57,251 bases of DNA from an uncultured Bacilli bacterium (GCA_944350415.1 CALVOY010000044.1:1-57251), one strand, 5' to 3'. Shown: positions 42,915 through 52,731, counted from the first letter of the stretch. Translations and numbers: made by a program. The notes: generated by a model from the sequence alone, not told the origin.

Positions 42915-44234
42915 TTAATAATATTTAATTATTATATCACATTTTTCATTTTTTTGCTTATTAAATTTACTCTTTTTAAGTCCCGGTATCCAAACAATCG
43001 TATCTCTACTATCTACTACGATAGGCCACAATTCTCTATCTTGCATTGGAATTTTACTATCTATTAAAATATCTTTTACCTTTTTATGACCATTAATACC
43101 TTTTAAAGTCATTTTGTCTCCATATTTTCTAGTACGAACATAAAGAGGAGGAAAAACATCAGAACTATCTAATCTACAAATATCATTTCCATTTGTATCA
43201 CAAGAATCTACTACTTCCAAATGCTTACCATTAGGTAAAACAGCATAATCAATTAACTCCATATGATAGCCATGAATATTTTCTTCATTTAAAAGAAATT
43301 GTAAACGATCATAAGATTTAACCACTTTTATATGATTAGGCAAATAAATATAAGTATTTTTTTTATTTGATAAAATTAATTTCTGAATTAAAGAAATATG
43401 TCTATCATTCACTAAAATTAAATCATCATGATAAATGGTTTCCAATAAATGATATAGAATTTTATTTTGAAGTAGTTTTTCTAATTGTAAGTAACTAGGA
43501 ATATTTAAAGTATAATTCTGACATACTTTAGAAAAAACTTTTTTAACCTGATTATCTATATATTCATCATATTCACTAATAAGTTGACTAAATTTTAAAA
43601 ATTTTTCATGTACCCTAGGATCTTCCTTTTTTAAAAAAGGTAAGACAACCTTACGGTAACGATTTCTAGTATACTTATTTTTGTGATTCGATTGATCCGT
43701 TACATAAGGAATTTTTTGCTTTCTATCAAATTCTTCTATCTCCTTTTTGGTAGCATAAATCAACGGTCTAATAATTTTGTAGTATTCTTTGTCAACAACC
43801 TGATAAAAACCTCCATACCCTTTTAAAGTAGAACCACGAACAAGTCTCATCAAAATGGTTTCAATCAAATCATCTCCATGATGAGCTGTCATTAAATAAT
43901 TAGCATGATATTTTTGAATTAAGGATTCAAAATAATGATATCGAATAGACCTTGCTTCATTATGAAAATTATCATCCTCATATTTCTCAATGATCATAGA
44001 TTCAAACAAAATATCATTTTGGCAACACCAATTTTCTAAAAATTCTTTCTCTTTAGCACTCTCTTTTCTTACATTATGATTCACATGACTACAAACCAAA
44101 AAAATCTGCATCTTTTTTCGAATTTCCTTTAACAAATACAAAAGGGCCATGGAATCAGGTCCGCCAGAAACACCAACAATAATAACATCTTGATCTTTTA
44201 ATAAATTCATTAAGTATTGATAAGCTTGTTTCAT
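42915..44234 (-). CDS. tilS: tRNA(Ile)-lysidine synthase
   Basis: PP-loop VGVSGGPDSMAL. 439 aa. Lies upstream of ftsH. Confidence 0.9.
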   Translation of the reverse strand: MKQAYQYLMNLLKDQDVIIVGVSGGPDSMALLYLLKEIRKKMQIFLVCSHVNHNVRKESAKEKEFLENWCCQNDILFESMIIEKYEDDNFHNEARSIRYHYFESLIQKYHANYLMTAHHGDDLIETILMRLVRGSTLKGYGGFYQVVDKEYYKIIRPLIYATKKEIEEFDRKQKIPYVTDQSNHKNKYTRNRYRKVVLPFLKKEDPRVHEKFLKFSQLISEYDEYIDNQVKKVFSKVCQNYTLNIPSYLQLEKLLQNKILYHLLETIYHDDLILVNDRHISLIQKLILSNKKNTYIYLPNHIKVVKSYDRLQFLLNEENIHGYHMELIDYAVLPNGKHLEVVDSCDTNGNDICRLDSSDVFPPLYVRTRKYGDKMTLKGINGHKKVKDILIDSKIPMQDRELWPIVVDSRDTIVWIPGLKKSKFNKQKNEKCDIIIKYY

Positions 44235-44401
44235 AACACCACCTATTTCTAAAACTACTCCATAAGTATTTTATCATAGGTATGATAAAACAACCACTAA
44301 AATAAAAAAGAAACTAAATATTTTACACTTACTTAGTGATTTTCTGATTCTATAACAACCTATTGGGAATAAAATAGCGAAAAAAGACAAAAAAAAGAAG
44401 A

Positions 44402-44710
44402 CTACTCCTCTTCTCCCTCTGGCAACCTTAAAATAATCTCGCCTTCTTTAGAATACATATATTTTTCTCTAGCATATCTAGCAACATAATCCGGATCTTC
44501 TAGTCTTTCTACATCAACTTTCAATTGTTCTTCCTTTTCTTTTAAAGAGATAATTTCCTCTTCTAACTGTTGCTTTTCCTGATACTTTTCTACAATCTGT
44601 AACCAATAACTACCAACAGATACAAAAACGGTTATTAGAACAACACAGCAAATAGGAATAAACAAACATAAACGACATTTCATTTTTGCTTTATTCTTTT
44701 TTGCAGTCAT
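44402..44710 (-). CDS. divIC: Septum formation initiator (DivIC/FtsB family)
   Basis: An N-terminal TM, then a coiled coil, then the DPDYVARYAREKY motif. Confidence 0.8.
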   Translation of the reverse strand: MTAKKNKAKMKCRLCLFIPICCVVLITVFVSVGSYWLQIVEKYQEKQQLEEEIISLKEKEEQLKVDVERLEDPDYVARYAREKYMYSKEGEIILRLPEGEEE

Positions 44711-44805
44711 CCTAATCATCCTCCTACTATATTATAATCATAGCTATCTTCATTTTTCAATCAAATAAAATGACATCTTTTGTTTCTTTACAAAAAAGAT
44801 GTCAA

Positions 44806-45078
44806 CTATTTCTTTTTTTTCTTAGTTAAATAATTTCCAAATAGATATCCCAGTATCAATAAAATCAAAAAATATATATGAAATACCCCATAATTAATAG
44901 TTCTTAAAATTAAAAAATAAAGTAAACAATTATCAAATACAAATAATAGTGTAATGAAAACTTTATAAAAAAGTTTACTTTCAAATAAAAAGCGATACTG
45001 CATTCTTAATAGATAAGAAAAGAAAATTCCATATGCAAAAGATACTGTTAAAACTTGTAATTGTATGGATAAATCCAT
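44806..45078 (-). CDS. yabQ: Spore cortex biosynthesis protein YabQ-like
   Basis: 90-aa three-TM protein immediately downstream of and overlapping yabP. The call is based on synteny. Confidence 0.6.
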   Translation of the reverse strand: MDLSIQLQVLTVSFAYGIFFSYLLRMQYRFLFESKLFYKVFITLLFVFDNCLLYFLILRTINYGVFHIYFLILLILGYLFGNYLTKKKKK

Positions 45079-45368
45079 TATTTAAACAACCTACTAATAA
45101 TATTATTTTCCTTGTCCTTCTTCGCTGCATCATCTACATAAGAAAACGATTTTAACAGTCCCTTGATAGAAACATTTCCTTGTAGTGTATCTAATTTCAA
45201 TAGTTCTAATCCTTCACCCTTTAAGACTAAAAATCCCATAACTGTTTCCATCAAAAATTCTTCATCATCAAAACTTTCAATCTTTTTTACTCCTGTAACC
45301 AAGATATTCTTTCTTTCCAGTATATTGATACTATGATTATAATTATTAATTGTATGATCCTTGTCCAT
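45078..45368 (-). CDS. yabP: Sporulation protein YabP
   Basis: Contains HSINILERKNILVTGVKKIESFDDEEFLMETVMGFLVLKGEGLELLKLD. Start set at ATG 45368 behind AGGAGG. Confidence 0.85.
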   Translation of the reverse strand: MDKDHTINNYNHSINILERKNILVTGVKKIESFDDEEFLMETVMGFLVLKGEGLELLKLDTLQGNVSIKGLLKSFSYVDDAAKKDKENNIISRLFK

Positions 45369-45441
45369 ATAATTGCCTCCTAATAAACTATATGAACAAA
45401 ACAGAAAAAAAGAACTATCAATTTGATAGCTCTTTGAAATA

Positions 45442-45723
45442 TTATTCTTCTTCTGTACTAGTTGGTTCTTCTGCTTCTTCATATGCTTTTAGAATTGCTT
45501 CTTCAAACATAGAACGAACTTCAGGATTAATAGGATGTGCAATATCTCTATAATCACCAGTAGGAGTCTTCTTACTAGGCATAGCAATAAATAACCCTTT
45601 TTCTCCTTCAATGATTCTAATATCATGAACTGCAAAACTATCATCTAATAATACAGATGCAATCCCTTTCATTCTAGAACCTTCTTTTTCAATCTTACGT
45701 ACATTTACAGATGTAATCTTCAT
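45442..45723 (-). CDS. spoVG: Septation protein SpoVG
   Basis: Contains [11 protein letters not shown]...[36 protein letters not shown]. Confidence 0.93.
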   Translation of the reverse strand: MKITSVNVRKIEKEGSRMKGIASVLLDDSFAVHDIRIIEGEKGLFIAMPSKKTPTGDYRDIAHPINPEVRSMFEEAILKAYEEAEEPTSTEEE

Positions 45724-45805
45724 GTGTATCCTCCTTCTAAAGTAATTACTTTATGAAATAATCATATAATAATTTACAAAAAAAAGCAATAGATTTACTA
45801 AAAGT

Positions 45806-46027
45806 TTATGCAACTACTGTCAATACCAATTTTTTAATTAAAACATCACTATAACTAAAAGATTTTACTTGCGAACTATCTTCTAATTTTACCAAAAAAA
45901 TAGAAGGGTAAGTATCTATAATAGTAGCGGAAAATTCTTCTACTTGATTTCTGCTTCCATTAAAACGAAACTGTAGTGTTTGGCCTTTATAAGAATCAAT
46001 TTTTATCTTTACTTTTTCGATATTCAT
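45806..46027 (-). CDS. veg: Veg protein
   Basis: 73 aa beginning MNIEKVKIKIDSYKGQ.... ATGA overlap with the yabG stop. Position between yabG and spoVG. Confidence 0.8.
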   Translation of the reverse strand: MNIEKVKIKIDSYKGQTLQFRFNGSRNQVEEFSATIIDTYPSIFLVKLEDSSQVKSFSYSDVLIKKLVLTVVA

Positions 46028-46806
46028 CTTGGATACCCCACAAACATACAACCCTTAGTCATCACGCCACCAATTCCATCGGCACCAGATTTCGTTTTTG
46101 CCAGTACATCTAATAAATCTACTGTTTTATTTCGATCATACAAAGCCAAATAAGAAGCAATAATAGCAGGATCTAATGCATGAATATTAATTCGTTTAGG
46201 ACTCGAAGCGAAAGTAGAACCAGCCTTAATCAATTCCTCATAATTACTTTGACAAGCCCCAGCAATAATAATTAATTTATCTTGATTTTTTTCATAATTT
46301 CTAGCTTCTTTTACAGCTTCGATAAAATTAACAGTATTCTTATAATTCATCACATTATCTTGAGACCCTTTGCGGCGATAATAAGCATCATGTCCTGTAA
46401 TCACTACAATATCAGGATTCAAATTTTCCAAATAACTTTTGATTTCTGTTTTAATATCATTTTCTTTTAAGCATAAACCATAGGCCATAATATTTAATTT
46501 CTTATAAAAATTCATACATCTCTTTAAATAATCTTCATCACCATCAATATGCAAGATCTTACCTGGTAAATAGAAAAACTCACTTCGATCTAAGTTCAAA
46601 TCATTGGTAATAGAATCTGTAATTCTTTCATCATCTACAACATCTTTTCCATCAACCTTTACCAGATCACTAAGATCACTATCAGCATACAATCTTAAAT
46701 TAATTCCTTTCAAATAAGCAACATTACCCTCTATCTCTACAATCACAAAAAATGTATCATTTTGATGAGAATTGCGAGTAACAATGTCTCCAACTTGAAA
46801 AAGCAT
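46024..46806 (-). CDS. yabG: Sporulation-specific protease YabG
   Basis: 260 aa. N-terminal GDIVTR...AYLKG and central VVITGHDAY motifs. Lies between rsmA and veg, as in Bacillus. Confidence 0.75.
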   Translation of the reverse strand: MLFQVGDIVTRNSHQNDTFFVIVEIEGNVAYLKGINLRLYADSDLSDLVKVDGKDVVDDERITDSITNDLNLDRSEFFYLPGKILHIDGDEDYLKRCMNFYKKLNIMAYGLCLKENDIKTEIKSYLENLNPDIVVITGHDAYYRRKGSQDNVMNYKNTVNFIEAVKEARNYEKNQDKLIIIAGACQSNYEELIKAGSTFASSPKRINIHALDPAIIASYLALYDRNKTVDLLDVLAKTKSGADGIGGVMTKGCMFVGYPR

Positions 46807-46841
46807 AACATCACCTCATTATGGTGAATTATATGCTTTTT

Positions 46842-47639
46842 TTATCCTAAATTATTACTAATACGAACAAAAATTTCTAAAGAAAGATCTTCTGCTCTTA
46901 CATTTAAATCCAAATGATACTCATTCAAAACCGCCTCTATCTTTTCCAAACAGTAACCTTTTAAGTTATTTCGAATAGTTTTTCTCTTAAAACGAAAACT
47001 ATCTTTTACCAATTGAAAAAAAAGTTCTTTATTGTTAACAGACAGCTGTTCTTTTTTCTTATTAAGCGATATTACAACACTATCTACATTAGGTTTGGGA
47101 ACAAAACAATTTCTACTAACTAAAAATTCTTTTTTTAAATCAAAGTAATAATTCAAAAATACTGTAATAGAACCATATTCTCTCGTTCCAGGTTTCGCAC
47201 AAAAACGGTCAGCAACTTCCTTTTGAATCATCACAACAACCTTATCCACCCCTAAATCACTTTCTATCAAGCGAGTAATAATAGGAGTCGTAATATAATA
47301 AGGAAGATTTGCTACTACATATAAATAATGATATTCATAAGAACACAAATCCTGCTTTACATCTCTTTTTAAAAAATCATCATAAATTACACGAACATTA
47401 TCTAACCCTAATAACTCTCTATCTAAAATATCTTCTAAAGAAGTATCAATCTCATAACAAATAACTTGTTTAGCAACTTTGGATAATTCTTTCGTTAAAG
47501 CACCCGCTCCTGGTCCTATTTCAATCACCAAACTGTCATTCTGAATATTAGCAGCTTCCACTATCTTTCTAGGAATCGTTTGATCTTTTAAAAAATTTTG
47601 ACCAAATTTCTTTTTAAAGTGAAAATAATTTTCTTTCAT
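46842..47639 (-). CDS. rsmA: 16S rRNA (adenine1518/1519-N6)-dimethyltransferase
   Basis: FGQNFL, EIGPGAGALT and NLPYYITTPI motifs. Start set at ATG 47639 behind GGTGG. Confidence 0.92.
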   Translation of the reverse strand: MKENYFHFKKKFGQNFLKDQTIPRKIVEAANIQNDSLVIEIGPGAGALTKELSKVAKQVICYEIDTSLEDILDRELLGLDNVRVIYDDFLKRDVKQDLCSYEYHYLYVVANLPYYITTPIITRLIESDLGVDKVVVMIQKEVADRFCAKPGTREYGSITVFLNYYFDLKKEFLVSRNCFVPKPNVDSVVISLNKKKEQLSVNNKELFFQLVKDSFRFKRKTIRNNLKGYCLEKIEAVLNEYHLDLNVRAEDLSLEIFVRISNNLG

Positions 47640-47756
47640 AAAACCACCAATTATTAATATATCATAACTAAGTAAAAATGCCAAAAAAAAGAGATAATCT
47701 ATATCTCCATCAAAATACATAATATATTACCATTATTTTAAATGGTTCAAAGCAAA

Positions 47757-48257
47757 CTACATAATGCTATTTTTAGTATCCTCTATAATTTTCTTATCAA
47801 AATTAGCAGTAGAAACTACTTCTTTTTTATTACGATGCCACTGAAATCCCTCCAGCATTAATAAAATATTCGATAAAGATAACATATATAACATAGCCCT
47901 CATTGGCGCAATAATATCCGCAAAATAATTAAAATTAATATCGTATCCCAAGCGTATCATAACTACCATATTACGATCAAAGAAAGTTCTATATATAACA
48001 AACAATAACATTACAAATACTAAACAACAAGTAACATTATAAAAGAAACACTGATTAACACTTTTTTGTCTAAAAATAATATTAATGGAAAATAACAGAA
48101 ATAATAAAACAAATGGAATAAAATTAACAATAGCATCCATCATATTTTTTTCAAGTCTTTGATACATATGAATAATAATATAGAAAGTAAATACAAAGGA
48201 AATTAATAATAATAAAACTTTTAAAATCGAAAAAATAGCATTAATAATCTTAATCAT
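47757..48257 (-). CDS. Orphan polytopic membrane protein (last gene of the SipW cluster)
   Basis: About 4-5 hydrophobic segments. Its ATG overlaps the upstream gene's stop (ATGATTAA) and follows GGAGGG. Confidence 0.6.
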   Translation of the reverse strand: MIKIINAIFSILKVLLLLISFVFTFYIIIHMYQRLEKNMMDAIVNFIPFVLLFLLFSINIIFRQKSVNQCFFYNVTCCLVFVMLLFVIYRTFFDRNMVVMIRLGYDINFNYFADIIAPMRAMLYMLSLSNILLMLEGFQWHRNKKEVVSTANFDKKIIEDTKNSIM

Positions 48258-48945
48258 AATTTCCCTCCACTTCATTTCTAAACCAATTAGAAATAAATTC
48301 TACAAAACTAGCTGCTTTTTGATAGGCACCCATAACTTCATAAAAACCATCTTTCGTATTATCTTTAATAGAAGAAGAAGCAATAGATGTATTATAAAAA
48401 TAACTACTATTATTCAGTAAATCTTTTTTTAGATAAGAAGTTTCTTCTTTTAATGAGTTGATATAAAGCTGAATCATATGCTGATTATCTAATAAATAGG
48501 AGCTGTTAAGAGTTTCAGGAGTGATAGTAGTAGTCCAATGTAAATTATTGATAATACAGCTACTCAAAATATCATTTTCATAAGATTCTCTAAGACGATA
48601 TACATCGATAATCGTTATTTTATTTTTTCCTTTCATCTCCTGAATAGTCTTATTTTCAAAGGAATCTGCACAAGACTTTAAATTATAATAAATAACTTGC
48701 ATCTGATTCATAGGAATATTTCCATTATAATTATTAGTAGTAAACAAAGAAATATTTTCTTTGACATTCTGAATCTTAGTTTCAAAATCAACAACCAAAG
48801 GCTGTGAATTAAAATCCGTAATAAAATCCTTACGAATCTCTAAATAATGATACGCATTAGATAATAAATAAAAACTAGCAAAGGCAAAAACAAGCCCAAT
48901 CATAGCATAATTAATAATTTTAAGATATTGTTTAATAAATTCCAT
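48250..48945 (-). CDS. Orphan single-pass membrane protein with a roughly 200-aa extracytoplasmic domain
   Basis: Start ATG 48945 behind AGGAGG. One N-terminal TM (MIGLVFAFASFYLL). Directly follows sipW. Confidence 0.6.
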   Translation of the reverse strand: MEFIKQYLKIINYAMIGLVFAFASFYLLSNAYHYLEIRKDFITDFNSQPLVVDFETKIQNVKENISLFTTNNYNGNIPMNQMQVIYYNLKSCADSFENKTIQEMKGKNKITIIDVYRLRESYENDILSSCIINNLHWTTTITPETLNSSYLLDNQHMIQLYINSLKEETSYLKKDLLNNSSYFYNTSIASSSIKDNTKDGFYEVMGAYQKAASFVEFISNWFRNEVEGNYD

Positions 48946-48955
48946 AATATGCCTC

Positions 48956-49861
48956 CTAAATAATTTGATCTGGATCAGATGGATGATTGGTATCTGATGA
49001 AGATTGAGATAAATTTGTCTGTTCATCGTTATCATCCGGAATAAATATCACTTTGGGTTCTGCTTCTTCTAAAATTTGATAATTTTGTGATGAATTATCA
49101 TGAATTTCATTTCTATTTGCTAAATGAGATGAACCCTGCTCTATAGGTTTTTCTTGCCCTAAATCAGACAGATTTAAGGTTGCTGAAGTAGAACTGGAAG
49201 TATCGTAAGTGGATTCTATATGATTTAATTTCTGTTCAGGAACATCAGAAGAAATAAGTTGCTGAGACTCATCATTTTTATTTTCTTCTTTTTGTTTAGC
49301 AGTTTTAATAAGTTTTAAAACATCACTTCCAATAATTAACAAACAAGGAATTACTACAATCAATAACCATCCAATAGGCTTGGTCATAATCGTTTGTAAA
49401 TATCCAATCATCGGTATTCTTAAGAAAACTTTTCCAATTACCTCATCAGGAGCAATCAAGGCAAAATCTGGCGTGTTATTATGATCACCTTTTGTTCTAA
49501 AACCAACAATTTTTTGTTTAGTCTCATCTTCATAAACAATACCAATCACGCGATGAGTAATAGGAGTACCGGCTGTTTCAATTTCCTTAGATAAAAAAGT
49601 AATAATATCGTCTACTTGAATATCATTTGCATCTACTCGCATAGTAACAACAGCATCATAGACATTAATATGAGGAATCATACTTTCACTAATGATCACA
49701 TAAGCTCCAAATAATGGAGAACGATTTTGACCATTTTTCATAGAATTTTTTTTATCTACAAAAGTAGCAATAAACATTAATAAAGCAATCCCCAAAACCA
49801 AAAGAATAGAATAGAAAAGGATAGATGATAAAAAACGAAAAATTTTTTTAGCTAAATCCAC
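48956..49861 (-). CDS. sipW: SipW-type (ER/archaeal-type) signal peptidase I with a long disordered C-terminal tail
   Basis: N-terminal TM, the catalytic Ser box VIISESMIPHI, the His box PITHRVIG (Ser/His type, not the Ser/Lys type), and a second TM. These are followed by about 110 aa rich in S, Q, D and N. Confidence 0.8.
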   Translation of the reverse strand: MDLAKKIFRFLSSILFYSILLVLGIALLMFIATFVDKKNSMKNGQNRSPLFGAYVIISESMIPHINVYDAVVTMRVDANDIQVDDIITFLSKEIETAGTPITHRVIGIVYEDETKQKIVGFRTKGDHNNTPDFALIAPDEVIGKVFLRIPMIGYLQTIMTKPIGWLLIVVIPCLLIIGSDVLKLIKTAKQKEENKNDESQQLISSDVPEQKLNHIESTYDTSSSTSATLNLSDLGQEKPIEQGSSHLANRNEIHDNSSQNYQILEEAEPKVIFIPDDNDEQTNLSQSSSDTNHPSDPDQII

Positions 49862-49971
49862 TCTATCACCCGATTCCTATTCTTTACTATTATTTAAAAT
49901 AATAATATCACATAAAAAAAAGGAAGTAAAATAAAATAAGAAAAACCAAAGTTTTTCTTGACAATAACTAA

Positions 49972-50607
49972 TTAATGAGCACTGATTGCAGCAACATTTA
50001 CTTTTAAGGAAAAATATTTATCATTTAAAATACTATAATCGAAATTTAGTTCCTGTGGATCTTTGATCCATATTCTAAGTCGAAATCTTTTTCCATAAGA
50101 TACTTCTCCTGCTTGAACCGTCCCATAATAAACAGTCTTTCCTGTTAAAAGGCTATTGGTAGTATCCTCTAATTCATAATATGTTGGAATTCCTTTCTCA
50201 GTAGAAGTAATAGAAGTAGGAATTTCTTGATTGCCTTCAAAAGTAGTTAAATAGATCTTTATCCAATCATCTGGTAAAGTAGAAGCTTCATCTTTTTGTA
50301 CAGTTATTTCATAGGCAAGATTACTTTGAGTAGTAGTAGCAAAAATAGAAAAATCAAAATATTCTCCATCACCAGCCAACACCTTTCCTACTTCATCAGA
50401 AATAGGGGTAGCATTTTCAATATAAATACCATTACCACCATAATCGGCATCTGAATAAGAAAAAACAATTCTACCTGTTTGAATAACATTATTCGTTAAT
50501 CCTTCTCCAAAATAATCAAAAATAGCATAACTAATGCCACCAAAAAGAAAAATTAATGATAAAAATAACAAAATGATAGCAATAGTATTTATTTTAGATT
50601 GCCTCAT
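49972..50607 (-). CDS. Secreted protein with a SipW-cognate (TasA/CalY-style) signal peptide, paralog 2
   Basis: The N-terminus ...LIFLFGGISYAIFDYFGEG resembles the GGGT(F/W)A(Y/A)F(S/N)D signal-peptide end of TasA/CalY. About 60% identical to paralog 1 over the GRIVFSYSDA...YFDFSI core. Confidence 0.7.
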   Translation of the reverse strand: MRQSKINTIAIILLFLSLIFLFGGISYAIFDYFGEGLTNNVIQTGRIVFSYSDADYGGNGIYIENATPISDEVGKVLAGDGEYFDFSIFATTTQSNLAYEITVQKDEASTLPDDWIKIYLTTFEGNQEIPTSITSTEKGIPTYYELEDTTNSLLTGKTVYYGTVQAGEVSYGKRFRLRIWIKDPQELNFDYSILNDKYFSLKVNVAAISAH

Positions 50608-50613
50608 TTAAAA

Positions 50614-51240
50614 TCACTCCTCTTCTATTTGATAAGCATAAACATCAATTTTAACAGAAAAATATTGTTCCTCATAGTTTTTAGCATCTTCTTTAAGCCA
50701 CATTCGAAAACGGTAAGCATCACTATAATTATTTAACTCCTTACCTAACTTTTTCTCATAAAGAACATAATAATCTTGATTATGAATTTTCTCCATTTTC
50801 AAATCGGAAAAATCAGCAAAAACTTTTTCCTCTTCATAACCTCCCATTAATTGAGTTAAATAGACACGAACATTATCATTACTCAAAGTAGAACCTGAAT
50901 CTTTATGAATTAAAATTTTATACAAGAGATTAGTATTTTTAGTAGAAGTAGTAATAGCAAAATCAAAATATTGATGGGTTCCAACCATTACCTTGCCTAC
51001 TGCATCTGAAATGGGAATAGCATCTTCTAATAAAATTCCATTCCCTGCTTGTCCAGCATCTGAATAAGTAAAAACAATCTCACCAGTATTGATTTCATTA
51101 TCACCAGTTTCATCTTTATAATATATAGAGTAAGTGATTCCTAACACACAAAAAAATAAAAGAATGGTAAATAAAAACAGATAGATCCAGTAATGACTAT
51201 TTGTTTGTTTTTTTGAATCAGTATTTACATGATCATCCAT
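50614..51240 (-). CDS. Secreted protein with a SipW-cognate-like signal peptide, paralog 1
   Basis: TM/signal segment ending LGITYSIYYKDETGDN. The core GEIVFTYSDAGQAGNGILLEDAIPISDAVGKV...YFDFAI is paralogous to 49972-50607. Start set at ATG 51240 behind GGGAG. Confidence 0.65.
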   Translation of the reverse strand: MDDHVNTDSKKQTNSHYWIYLFLFTILLFFCVLGITYSIYYKDETGDNEINTGEIVFTYSDAGQAGNGILLEDAIPISDAVGKVMVGTHQYFDFAITTSTKNTNLLYKILIHKDSGSTLSNDNVRVYLTQLMGGYEEEKVFADFSDLKMEKIHNQDYYVLYEKKLGKELNNYSDAYRFRMWLKEDAKNYEEQYFSVKIDVYAYQIEEE

Positions 51241-51255
51241 TTTTTCATCTCCCAA

Positions 51256-51855
51256 CTACCAACCCCATCTTAAAATTTCATAACGAACATTTCTTTGTCT
51301 TCCAATCACATTCATATCATCGGTTTCGGTTACTAAAAAATCCATAATATTTCCTTTAATAGCTCCGCCTCTATCTAACACAATACCAATAATTGAAGCA
51401 TCAGAAAAACTAACATTCGTAACTTGAACAATAGTACCACAAGGAATTGCTGGATCAGCTGCTAAAATTCTAATAGTTCCATAAGTACTATCCTCAAAAT
51501 AAATATTTCCATTACGAACATCTTGTCTAGGTGGACAAGCCACTTTTCCTGTACAGCCCACACAAACTGGATTATAAGCAGTCATTTGACCAACAAAAGA
51601 AATAGGCATATCAGGACCATATAACATCGCTTCTTGCATATTAGCAACCTCTCTAACAGCAAGATTCTGATTTCTGTTATCATATTTGGTAATAATATGA
51701 ATAGCTTCGATCGATTTTACACCATTAATATTACTAATACTATTAGTCTTATGAGTAGTATTAGATACCATAACATACAGAAAAGAAAAAATAGTAATAA
51801 CCAATAAAAAACGATATAACATCACTTTATAGAATTTGTGAGTACATTTATTCAT
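51256..51855 (-). CDS. 3D-domain (MltA-like) cell-wall protein, YabE-like
   Basis: N-terminal TM. C-terminal RILAADPAIPCGTIV...VLDRGGAIKGNIMDFLV resembles the 3D domain. Positioned after tatD, like B. subtilis yabE. Confidence 0.65.
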   Translation of the reverse strand: MNKCTHKFYKVMLYRFLLVITIFSFLYVMVSNTTHKTNSISNINGVKSIEAIHIITKYDNRNQNLAVREVANMQEAMLYGPDMPISFVGQMTAYNPVCVGCTGKVACPPRQDVRNGNIYFEDSTYGTIRILAADPAIPCGTIVQVTNVSFSDASIIGIVLDRGGAIKGNIMDFLVTETDDMNVIGRQRNVRYEILRWGW

Positions 51856-51903
51856 AATCCAGCACCTACTTCTATTCTCTAGCTATTATATAGGTTAAAT
51901 ATA

Positions 51904-52668
51904 TCACATTCTATTACGCAAGTCAAACAGAGTAATTGCATTTTCAGTAGTGACCTCAGCCACTTTTTTCAGTGAAACATTTTGAATAGATGCGATTTTA
52001 GCGGCTATAAGCGGAATATTACTAGATTCATTTACTCTACCACGCTTAGGTTCTGGTGAAAGATAAGGACTATCTGTTTCTAAAACAATAGATTCTAATG
52101 GAATCTTCTCCACTACTTGATAAAGCTTGCTATTTTTAAAAGTTATAACTCCTCCTATTCCCAAAAGAAAACCCAAATCAATAAATTTTTTAGCCATTTC
52201 CAAACTTCCACTAAAGCAATGAATCACTCCATGCACATGATATTCGCTTAATATCTCATAAGTTTCTCCTATCGAATCACGACTATGAATAACTACTGGA
52301 ATATCGAGTCTTTCTGCAATTTCTAGTTGTTTGCGAAATACTTGTCTTTGTTTTTCTTTATTGTCCTTATTCCAATAATAATCAAGCCCGATTTCCCCAA
52401 TTGCTACAATTTTAGGATGATTTCTTATCAAACTTTCTAATAGTTCGTAATCTTTTTCCACAATATTGTTGGCAACTTCAGGATGATACCCTATACTTGC
52501 ATATAAGCATTCATACTTTTCCACAAATTTAGTGGATAACAAAATATCTTCTTTCTCACAAAAAGACGCTATCAACAATTGAACATTATTATCCAAAGCA
52601 TGCTTTATATAAAAATCTGGACTGATACCCTCATTATCACTAATATGTAAATGTGTATCTACAAACAT
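51904..52668 (-). CDS. tatD: TatD-family metal-dependent hydrolase
   Basis: MFVDTHLHISD, GEIGLDYYW, VIHSRD and ETDSPYL motifs. Start set at ATG 52668 behind GGAGG. Confidence 0.9.
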   Translation of the reverse strand: MFVDTHLHISDNEGISPDFYIKHALDNNVQLLIASFCEKEDILLSTKFVEKYECLYASIGYHPEVANNIVEKDYELLESLIRNHPKIVAIGEIGLDYYWNKDNKEKQRQVFRKQLEIAERLDIPVVIHSRDSIGETYEILSEYHVHGVIHCFSGSLEMAKKFIDLGFLLGIGGVITFKNSKLYQVVEKIPLESIVLETDSPYLSPEPKRGRVNESSNIPLIAAKIASIQNVSLKKVAEVTTENAITLFDLRNRM

Positions 52669-52700
52669 AATAAAACCTCCACATATTACCATTATAACAT

Positions 52701-52731
52701 GAAAAAAGTAGTTCCTTACTTCGAACTACTT
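52701..52731 (-). terminator. Intrinsic terminator after metG
   Basis: AAGTAGTTC-8 nt-GAACTACTT hairpin, followed by TTTTTTC on the minus strand. An extended -10 (TGTTATAAT) for tatD follows. Confidence 0.6.
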
